The notes under the pieces were generated by a model. That model searched no databases and had not been told where the DNA came from. It worked only from the letters and a program-made list of their open reading frames with translations. A DNA stretch of 64,000 nt. Origin: Phallusia mammillata (Eukaryota). Positions within the stretch are counted from its first letter, which is position 1. Every line of letters starts with the position of its first letter. Positions 37,333 through 48,587 of the stretch are shown here, one piece after another. The position numbers and the translations under genes were made by a program. The stretch covers positions 27,218,001-27,282,000 of the forward strand of contig OZ281494.1 in assembly GCA_965637545.1 (NCBI GenBank). The letters run 5' to 3'.

Positions 37333-38397
37333 ATCTACCAAGCAGTAGAATGTTTTTTATACAACATGTGGATTACAATATTGTTGTTATTATTGTTTTT
37401 GCCTTTTCCAAATTATACGCACCAACAAATATTTTTACTATGTTTCAACCGAATTTTATACATCTGCTTTAGTGTCTTAAGCGTTAAGACTGTTGCCAAC
37501 AAACTAAAATGTAGGTTAAGCAATTTTAGCTGGAATTTTTCAATTAACTGATGGGTTGCGACAGCCTAGTCTGAAGTATCATAAAAGATTATTCAAAATT
37601 CAGAGAACAGAACACTTGACTCGATAACCCAATGTTTTTAGGTGTCATTGCTGTTTACTTAACCGTTCAACAAAGGAACTGTGATGATGCTTATGAAATT
37701 TTAACTTTGATTAAAAAAGAAATAGTAAAGCTTATAAAACCATTATTCCCTACCGAAACACCTCGAAACCATACAAATTAACAGCGACATCCAACGGCCA
37801 AAAGTGTTTTTAACTTCTTTAACAATTTAAGCTAAGTTTCGAAAATGCATCATGACGAAAACTAAATCCATAGATTCTGTTGCGAAATTAGCCTATTGGT
37901 AAATGCGGACAACGAAACTTTGTAGCAACTGAAAAAACGTGGTGTTTTTAGCAAGCTTGTTGGAACTGAAGATTTTAAAACAATCAAATATTTTCCATCA
38001 TAGCCAAATAGTTTCGTGGAAGCAGGCATGTCAAAGAAACTGTCCTCCAAAAAGTTTTCCTGAAATTTGTCAATACAGTTTAATCGTCAAAAGCAACCAG
38101 TTAAAAGAATACTTTGTTTTCGGGACTAAAACAAACAGTTTCTTGCATGAAAATGGTATTACCCAAATCAAATTTCAATGGGAAAAATCTGACTTTATGA
38201 CGTCGCACTGACACCGGCGCAACCATGTGAACAATGGTCAATACAAAATAGCTTAAACAGCACCCGGCCTTTGCGAAAAACGTGCGTAATTCTATTTCTT
38301 CCTTCTTCCTACTTCCTACTTCAAGCGATATAAACTGGCACCAACAATAACGTTCGCAAATAAAGTTTCACCACAGACAGCTCCAAGTATTCAAAAC

Positions 38398-39482
38398 ATG
38401 AAGTTGATCTTGAAGACGATTATGATTTTTATAGTGGGGTTGACGAATGGAATTGAAGTTCATCCATTCAGTAAAGAAACGTGAGAATATTTGCACGTAT
38501 ATTATAATACTGTATTGTTATGAACATATTGCCGATCTGAAGTATATTCAGAAACTTTAGGCATAATCACAAAATGACCGATTGTAATTATTTGCCATTT
38601 TTATGCAAGGCGACCAATTTTGTCAACATAATCCCTTAAGGGCATTTTTTTCTCTCGCTAACACTTTTGTCCTAATGGGCGCAAACGTTGTAATTATAGA
38701 GCTTTGGCTGATGGACTGTTGGAAGAATATTATCAGTTTGAAGAACTTCTACTCAAGGATCCAAAACTCATGGACACATTGGAAGTGGTCAACGTCACTA
38801 GCGATGACGTGGAGACTTCAAGTCGTGGAAAGAGATCAGTCAAAATTCAAAGCTGCCCAGTTTTTACTGAAAGTTACAAAGAAAATGCAAGGTTCCTGAA
38901 AGAACGCAGTCTATCACCGTGGAATTTTGTGCTCGATTATGATGCAAGAAGGTGAGTAATAGGAAAATAAAATCTAATTGTTTAGTCACAAAGTCAAACA
39001 TATTTAATTAAATAAAGAGCATTATTGTTAACGTACGGCACAAAGCATCATCATAAAAATGACAGTGGGGAAATTTGAACTTGACGATCGATTTTAGTGG
39101 GAAACTTCACCAAAAAAGGTTAAGAACCACTGTAATAGGTAATATTTTACAACCTTCTTCTGTACATAACATATTCGTTCCACGGTGGTGTTTTGACAAA
39201 AAACTGAAACGTCTAATCGACTGACCATTTATCAACATTTTTAGACGAAAAAAGTACATAGCAAAAGCCCAGTGCCTTTGCGACGGCTGCATCGACATTG
39301 AAACTGGAATGGAAAACAAAAATATGAGAAGTGTGCCAATGTTTTTGCCCGTTACGATGGAAAACATGTATGGTAGATGCAGTCATTGTATTGAAACGAT
39401 TCAAGTTCCTTTTGCATGCACTTGTCAATTTCCAGTCACCGAACCTCAATTAACGAAAACTGCTCCTAAAGCTGTTGTTTGA
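38398..39482 (+). CDS. IL17: IL-17 class d (~190 aa; RGKR furin site; close paralog of class b), nested in IPO4 intron
   Basis: Exons 38398-38480, 38700-38951 and 39245-39482 (KAQCLCDGC...VPFACTC). TATAAA at 38329-38334. Confidence 0.9.
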
Positions 39483-42400
39483 TCCCAAACATCAAAACTG
39501 ATTCTTGGCCTAAACCTTGCATAAGTTGACACATTTTACATCGCAACGTGTTTATTTCTCTGTATTTGCTCTCAAATAAAAGAGTTGTTTATTTTCGAGT
39601 TTCGACTGCTCTCTGTTGACCGTTGACTTCACTTTTACTTCCGTTGATTGCTTAAAAATCTGTTGCTAATGTAAAAGTCGTAAAAGACAACAGTGAATCG
39701 TTTGTGCAAATATGCAACATTCAGACACAGGCAAAGTTTTTCAAGAAATCACGACAGCAGAACAGACGATTAGATAAAAACCGATTGCAAAAACAATACA
39801 AAACCAATAAAGGTGACGATCTCTAAGGCAAGTATTACATTGTAGGGTCAAAAATGACGCTGATGCAAAATATGGTAACTAACAGACAAACAAATATTTA
39901 AGTAAAACATGACGATCTTGTATACTTTTAGAATTACGAATGTTTTTAAAAACGCAGTGACCATGGAGATCGTACATCTATAATAATTTATCTGGTTTCC
40001 AACCTTTATCGACAAAATGCTGACTTATCACGTCAATTATTCCTCCCCAATACACTACATAGTAGATTCAAAACCATACAAACATCATTTAAAATTGGGT
40101 TCTTTATCAACTTCACAGGTCATATTTCCAGAGCTAAAGTGTCTATTTTCAAACCACATGTACAAAATATAGGAAATTTTTCCATCCGGTTTTGAAATAC
40201 CTTCGTTGGGAGGTATTACTGCGCTTGACTGGGAACCACTGATCTATCTCATTATGCGTTCTGGCGCAAAGAGCATCAATTCAATTCTACTTTTTAAGTC
40301 GCAAAAATCCGGGAATGCAGAAACCATAAAAGTACGTTCAAGTTGAGGGCAAGTAAATTTAATACAAAAAGTTTGCGTAACACATCAATAACGAAATGAG
40401 AAATTCGAACGCCGGTCGAAAGTTGTAAGTGATGGCGGAAAGCAAAAACCACGATGGAAACCTCCTTTTATTTAATCACACGGAAGAGTGACTGGTGATA
40501 CGCATATACCTGTTTTTAAATACTTTTTGATGCAAGCAGTAAGGTTGTGATTTTGTATTTGCCAGTTCATATGTCCCATTTCAGGTTAAGTATGCACACA
40601 CAATCAAAAGTTTAGCCAACTGACTGCAAGTCATAAAATGTTGAAAAATGAAAAAAAATCTACATGTCGCAGCATGACCACAAGCAAATTGTTTTTTCTA
40701 AACAAAATCCAAACCCGATTCAACTGATATCAGATATCTATGTTTTCTGCTTTATATTACATTTTTGGAATAAAAAAGAAATTTCTAATAGACCTAAAGG
40801 GGCAACTGGGATTATAAAATCACTTATGCCCTAAACTTTCCAACAAAAATATGCACTAATAAACTTTCCAAATATTACGTAATAGTACTCTTCTTTACTC
40901 TTAAAGAAACATCATAAACGATCATCAAAACATGCCAGATCAAATTTAACTATATTTTCTATTTTTATTTGGCACATAAATAGACTGTACTTTTTCGCCC
41001 TTGCTTTTAGTGCGTCGTGTCAATACAATGGTCACGAAAATGCGTCGTTACGCAAATGACGTTGCACGCTCCTTGTATTGAATGCTGACTCAGCGGTATT
41101 TTAGGCACAGCGAATATGACATGACAATAAAAATAACGGTATCGGTCTCGGTCGGAAAGGAAACGTGTTTTCCGTTTTGGCATTGGCATTTTAAAAATAA
41201 ATACTTATTATATTGGTTCTATTTAAAACTAGGGACTTGAAAATAAACTTTCAACCAAAGAATACCACAAAATCTAATCTCACAAACGGGTAAACTTGAG
41301 TATACACTTCACTTTTGCAGCGCGTAAGTTTTCACCGAGCTTGCGTATTGCAAAACAAAGTCTAAACAAAGGACAACTATTAAAGACACATTTCAAGTAA
41401 TTTTAAGCGATTAAATTACAGAACAAAATTTCTTTAAATTTTTTGTATCCTACGCCTCTAACAGATTATTGATTTCAAAATGTCCTTTTAATCTCTGGTC
41501 ATGGTTAAGGACTTTTTTATTCTGTAAAAAAACTGTTACGACCTCGCGATATGGTTGTCAACCGCGATCAAACAGAAAAAAAACATTCCAACTATTAAAA
41601 TTCACAGCGACACCCCACGGCAAAAAGGATTTTTTACATCCGTCCTACATTCTAGAGACAAAGCGTTGAAAATCCGTTACGACGATAAACAAGTCTGTAA
41701 ATTCTGTTGCAAAATGAGCTAATTGTTAAATGCGGACCACGCAACGAAATCTCAAAGTGATACTTGTAGCAACTTAAAAAAACGTATCACTTTCAGCAAG
41801 CTTATTAAATATAAAGATTTTAAACAACCAAATATTGTCCATCATAGACAAACAGTTTCTCAAAAGCAACAAATGAACGGTGGTTCTAAAACAAGATGTC
41901 AAATAAGGGATAAAAGTTGCACCGAAAATTTCCCTAAAATCCAACTTTTGAAAGCAACCACTTAAAACAATACTTTCACCGAGCGAAATAAACTCAACTC
42001 AACTCAACTTTATTTTCGGGACTAAAGCAAATAGTTTCTTGTGTAGAAAAGGAATTACCCTAATTAAATTTCATTCAGAAAAACCTGATTGTATGACGTC
42101 GCACTGAAACCGGCGCAACCATGTGAACAACGCTCAATACAAAATAGCTTAAACAGCATCCGGCCTTCGCGGAATAACTACGCAATTTAAAACTAAGGGT
42201 GTGCAAAATCAATGAAAACGTCCACCACTAGTGTAGAGGTTCAATGACTAGTGTAACGGTTTTTTGGTTACGTAACCAACATAAAGAAGATTGGTGATTT
42301 GACTCATTTGCTATGATTGAGTGGCCTGCGCATGGCCTTGCTGGCAGATACCTAAAATACATTCATGTACGGCTAAAAATGAGTGGTTTCCGCTGCAGGA

Positions 42401-42531
42401 AAGAAGTTTAGTTTCTGATGGGCAGGATAAAAAGGGAAGAATTATGCTAAAAAGTATTGTAACAGTTTACAGTAGTTGGCAACGTACAGAAACGTTTAAA
42501 GAAGACATTAAAAAATTACCAAAGAAGAGAA

Positions 42532-43859
42532 ATGTTTAAGCTGATTATTGTTCTGGTGATTTTGGTCGCAGTTAAACCAGATTTTATGCAGGTGGACGCC
42601 TGTAGTTTTGAAAGGTACGTTAAAATATTGCTAAATCCAAATGGTGTAACGTTTTTTGTCGACAATCTGCTTTCCAAACATAATACTAATTATTAAATAA
42701 AAATAATTGTTGTGGTTATTTTGTAGAACAGGTTTTGCAGGTTGTCATTCTAACTACTCTAACTATAAGAAAAAAAAGTTTAGTAACTATTTTTTAATTC
42801 TGGTACATTATAACAAACGTCATATTTTATAACGGGGGTGCATTAAAATTGTTTGAGCTGTTTAAATAAAGAATTCTTTTTTAACATGGTTAACCGTACT
42901 TTGGCGTATATGGAAACAAACGGCATATAAGCTCATATCTTTCCACAACCTTTAGCATCAATACGGAAGAATACTGGACCCGAGAAAAGGCGATGCGAGA
43001 AAATAAAGCGATACTAAACAACATGGAGACTTTTCAGAATCAAACAGGGAATATGGATCATGTTTCACCGGACAAGAAAAAGTGTTTGAAGCATGTGGAG
43101 ATGTTGGAAAAGAAAACATACGACGGTCTTTGTAACCGCGTAATGTCACCGTGGAAATACGTGAAAAACTATGACAGCCGAAGGTTCGTTTGACTGGCAA
43201 AATTACTAGATCGAAGATAGTTCTTGATGAAATCATATGGCTAATAAAAGGTTAATACCAAAATATAAAGCAATACACAAAACCAAACTTATTGTTCACG
43301 GTATATTGTAATACAACCAGTTTCCATGTAAACTGCAGCGTGTTAAAAATAAAATCCTTATTTTAACTTTCTAACAACAATTTCCTTGATTTCTTTCGGC
43401 ACATCATTCCTGTAGACTGGATACCAAAAAAGAAAACATGTCAAATTCATCCAAAAACGCGCAAATGTTATAGCACACCATCAATCGTTCTAAAATAAAT
43501 AAAAATGTTTGCCGCTAACCAAATCATACATGTAAAATAACGGAGCAGTATTGCAACAATTTAATATTGAATCATTAAACCATCAACATTGCTTCAGGTC
43601 CGATGACGATCGTGACATTGTAGACGTGGAATGTTTATGCCGGGGCTGCATGGCAAAAATCGGCAGTGGTGAAAATCCGAAATATATTTACACCGAGCAG
43701 TTGGAAAGTAGGCCGTTGAAAATGCAACGAACAGTGACTATGATGAACGGTGAAAAACGAACAGTGTTAGTGAGGGTTGGATGCCATTGTGTGTTTCCTA
43801 CAGGCTACCGGCCGTCTAGATACGGATTATCAAACGACAAGTTGCTTTTGACTTCTTAA
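42532..43859 (+). CDS. IL17: IL-17 class e (~190 aa; related to class a), nested in IPO4 intron
   Basis: Exons 42532-42614 (MFKLIIVLVILVAV...), 42956-43183 (...NRVMSPWKYVKNYDSRR) and 43598-43859 (ECLCRGC...VRVGCHCVFPT...). Confidence 0.9.
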
Positions 43860-46800
43860 TTTCTACTCGAAGAGCGTCAAATTTGGATTTGGAACGTGTG
43901 TTGTTGAAACGAACTGCTTTTTCCGTTTTTGGTGATTTTAAAGTGCTACAAAGTTAATTAATTATATTTTTGTTTCGCCGAATTGTGATATTACAGCTAT
44001 TTATGTATGGACAATTATTTGTGTGTATATGTAAGGACAAGAAAAAGATATAGATTTCACACAACATTTCAATACAGTGGCAATATTTTCTGACAAGTAT
44101 ATGTCACCCGGGATCAGCAATTCAACCGGGTTGCCATATACCAGTGGTTCCCAAACTATGGGCCATGGCCCAGTACTAGGCCACCAAGACATTTTCAATG
44201 GGCCACAGATTCATTTGAACAGATTCTACTGTTTTGTTCTACTGTAGATATTATGCGCTTTGTTTTGAAAAACATAGAATTTGCAAAGAATTCCGAATCT
44301 TGTAGCCAAATTTCAGGAGCATGTATCTCATTAAAAATAAATTGCTAGAAACCATTTCGCCTGTTTTTGAGTTATTTTTTGTGCCCAATGATTTCATACA
44401 CCGTACTACAAGTCGAATAGTTTTGATTAATAAACAAGTTTTGTATTCGTTAGTAACCAAACGTAACACAGCCGGGGCACAAAACACAGACTGGAAATAC
44501 TACGCTAATTTTACTACAAGAATTCAAATTGCAATTTATCTTTGAGTCTTGCCTTTCAATTCGAAACTACGTGTGTTTGTCATGTATTGCCTTTTGTGGT
44601 TAGTTTGGACGCAAGGAAAGCTAATGGTGAATTGGCATTTTAAAACAAAAAATAACATGCACCGCCTGCAGACAATTACAACATTTATCAACGTCATTGT
44701 CAAATCTTTACTTACGCCAAACAAAGCGTTTTTTCCAAAAAAGGAGCAATAAAAAAATGTTTGCCACGTTACCGAGAAGAAAATGGAATTATTTACTACC
44801 GGTCACAGAGACTAGCTATGATGGCAACTATGACACACGCTCAAGCCAGCTCACTTACACGTACATGTATTTTGGCAACCAGGCGTCATTGTGACAGACA
44901 ATAAACAAGGGTCCTGCACTATACAGCTTGTCATAAAACCTGAACAACCGTATTTTGTCCTTTCTAGGAGGCAACAGAATGGAACAACTGTTGCGGAAAG
45001 TAAAAAGGCTATTTGTTTATCGTTCTAAAAAGCAACGTGCAGTGTATAGCACAATTTGGCTGATATTTTCAGTTTTCATTGCTAAAGGACGTCGAAACAT
45101 GGGTACAAGGAATACATTTTCCGCCCAACATTTTAACAACAACTGGATTATTATCACATTATAATACCAAACATGTGTAGTGTTGAAACACCACATCTAT
45201 GAGCTACGCGAGTTAAAGGAACATAAAGAATCAAAACAAAATACCAATCAAATAGTCTTCATTGTAATAAATACAAAAAAACATATCTATAATAGTTTCA
45301 CTAAAGGTAAAATCCATAAATATTATCTTGAAGACAAAAATTAAAACAAGAGTTCATATAGCAAACTTATGTGTTACAAAATAACCTTTACAAGTGATTC
45401 AACCAAGTATTCTTAAATTGCTTCTAACCTGAAGATCCTGTTCTTGATTCGCGAACGTTTTGACACCAGCGGCGCTGACGAGCTCCTGTGTGGTGGCGAT
45501 GGTTGTCATGACGACAAGCCGCTCCGGGTCGTCGGTGATTGTCGTGCAGAGGAGTGGAAACAGTTGCAAGAGAAAACTGGCATCTGAAAAAAATGTCACA
45601 ACCAGATTAGTTGCTAAATTATACGTCGATTTTTCATAGACATCTGTCCTAATTCTCCACGTACCCATTTCCGTGATATATATTCTACAAGCTTAAATCT
45701 AAAACCGAATTTATAAAAATCTTTAGTGCAAGTAAAAAAAAAAAACTTAAAGTGGTGTACTTTTGTGTTTGATTTTTTTAAACCAGAAAATTTCCAGAAA
45801 AACAAAATTGATGACAATTCAGAATACAAAACAACAACCTACAGTTCATATTCTGTTCCTGATAAGCAGTGACAGTAAACTGGCCACAGGAAGCGATCGC
45901 AGATTTACGCACATCATGAATGTGGGAATTCGATCTGCTTGAAAACCTGTTTGAACCGGTTTTAACTGGTTAGCGCGGTAATGAAAACATTACATAACGA
46001 AACAGTTAATTGAAAGAATACCTCGTTGAAACAATCGCATAGATACACTGCAAACGACTTTGGACAATACTTAGCGAGATCGCCCAACGTTTCACAGGCG
46101 TCCGCCTTTTTGTCCATGTACGAGTTTTCAACAGAGAACGCTTCGACGAGGTCTGCATCTAAGGTACAACACACAAACAAAATCTTAGATTAGCTTCCGA
46201 TCGCATTAATCGCTGCAGCTAGGCAAGACTTCTTTTCTTGTTAACAATCTAAAATCGGAAAGGCACGACAAGAAAATGAAAGTCAAAATTGCCTTTTTTG
46301 AAAGTCTCTACGTAGGACTCTTATCTGTTCCACAGGTGTTATGCGAACCCACCCACAGTAGGGAGTTTAAACGACGTCTATACTGCAAGTCCATTGCTCA
46401 TACTGGCGCTAAACGGCGAGCGTTAATGGTTGAAATAGAAGCCACTGGACTCGAAATACAAAACTAAGTTAGGATCATTGTCTCAAAATTTACTGCTGAT
46501 AAAAATAATTCGCTGCCTACATATCTTACCATCATCGTCTTCATCCTGTCCGTTTTCGAGGTCAGTTTCCGTGGAATCGTCCAGAAACGAAAAATCAGCT
46601 TGCCCTGGAGTGTCACTGTCCTCAGAGAAATGGGCCTAATAAATAAAAATAGGTTCTCTTACACTTAAGAGTCTGAAGAGTTTTAGCCGTTTGGGATCTA
46701 GAACTTGGGCAAATTTGCTGCAATTGAAGAAATTGACAATACACTTAATAAATCGTTTCCTAAGCTTATTAACTTCCTGGTGTACTTCTTTGTTTTAAAG

Positions 46801-47105
46801 TATACATTACTGCAACATTGTGCTATTGGTTATCCGAGGGTCTTCTTGCACTATTAGGAAATATATTTAGAGTATTATCATACTACCGGGGACTTTCGCA
46901 TACTTACAATAACACCGTCCGTCGATTGAGCAGATGAAACGAGATTTTTGACAATCACTTCAAGAAATGGGGCCATGTTTTCACCTACGATACTGGCCAA
47001 GGCAGAAAACAAACCGAATCTGGACAAAAGAAAACACGAACAAGTTTACAATTTTTTTAACCATGATCTAGTTCGGGCTATAGTCAAGCTGTTTATGCGT
47101 TAGAA

Positions 47106-47384
47106 CAGTGGTTCTCAACCAAGTTTGTGTTGCAAATAACTTTATTCCTAATTTAATCGACTTTTTCACACACTATTTGCCTATATTGAGGTTTTTCACG
47201 ATTACGGATTCTTGTTTACTCTATTCGACCTATTTAAAGCCGAAATTAGTACCAAATTCCAACACGAGTTTGCCATTTCCTTTTTTAAGGGGGCCACAGG
47301 TCCTACAGGGTTAGTTGAGGGGGGCCACAAGGCCAAAAAGTTATTTTTAGGGGGCCACGGTCCACAAAAGGTTGAGAACCACTG
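47106..47384. mobile_element. hAT/Charlie-like MITE in IPO4 intron
   Basis: TIRs CAGTGGTTCTCAACC / GGTTGAGAACCACTG; TSD cgttagaa/cgttagag. The right end resembles that of 31180-31526. Confidence 0.85.
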
Positions 47385-47898
47385 CGTTAGAGGGTAATGA
47401 AGCGGATATTTTATTAAATTTTAAAGTCATTTAATAAAAAAAAGTTTATTATAAAGTTTTATTGTTTCAGTCTAGAAAAAAACAAACATAATATTGATAG
47501 CAATATGCAACCGTTTTTTACAACTAATATTGATTAAACTAAAAATTAGCTCAAAAAATTGCACTGACGCTGCTCTCCTTAGGTCCGGATCAGAGTTGTC
47601 GGTTGTGACAAGATTCATACTTAGTTTCAGGCAATGTTCAGCTAGTTGCATGTTTGATTTTCCTACTGTGCGCATCAGCACTCCTAAAGTGTCTAAAACA
47701 CGAAAGTGGGATTTTTTTTAAACAACATCTTTTTATCGTTATAAATCTGTTTCGGAGACATCGTACAAAAAGTTGAATGTCATTTAACATAAGATAATTT
47801 TTTTTAAGCTTTCACACCTTTTTTTCTGACAGGTTTGTTAATTTTCAAGCTGGAACTACAAGCAAAAAGTCCTCAATTCAAGAAACAATCATTTAAAC

Positions 47899-48134
47899 CA
47901 GCGGTCGGCAACCTTTTTTGCACTGCGGACCGTTTTTGAAACTAAAATTTTATCGCGGACCGGTCTTCAAAAAACTACAAATGTTTAGCAATAAAAACGC
48001 CTAAATTAGTTTATCATGCCCGGGATACACGGGCAAAACGTTTTATAGCATTTAACCTAAAAAAATTCAACGGCCCGGTAACGAATTCCTCGCGGACCGG
48101 TACCGGGCCGCGGACCGGCGGTTGCCGACCACTG
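47899..48134. mobile_element. hAT-like MITE (first of tandem pair)
   Basis: TIRs CAGCGGTCGGCAACC / GGTTGCCGACCACTG; exact TSD ATTTAAAC at 47891 and 48135. Confidence 0.9.
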
Positions 48135-48142
48135 ATTTAAAC

Positions 48143-48587
48143 CAGTGGTCTTCAACCTTTTTTAACCGAGACCCCAATTTATGAGAAAATTAAATTAGCA
48201 TTAACATGCGACCCCATTTTTTTAATTTATCCAATCTAATTCGCGTTAAAGCTCACCAGTTTGTAGAAATCAGTTAATTTATGTATTTTTCCCAGTACCC
48301 GCTGCATTATTTTGGACACAATATGGCACTCGTGGGGCTCTATCGCGTAACAATGGGTTGGACTATGTTTACATAGAGTTTTACATAGATTATTGCACCA
48401 CAATGATTAGATTGTGACACGAGGTACCAAGCTGTACTGCAAAACATAAGCAAAGGTTGCGAACTAGAACAAAAACGCATGCTTTTTTATGCTAAATTTA
48501 AAAGCCAATAAATTTAATTTATAGCGACCCCGAACAAAGTTTTGGCGACCCCACTTGGGGTCGCGACCCACAGGTTGAAGACCACTG
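48143..48587. mobile_element. hAT-like MITE (second of tandem pair)
   Basis: TIRs CAGTGGTCTTCAACC / GGTTGAAGACCACTG; exact TSD ATTTAAAC at 48135 and 48588. Confidence 0.9.
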
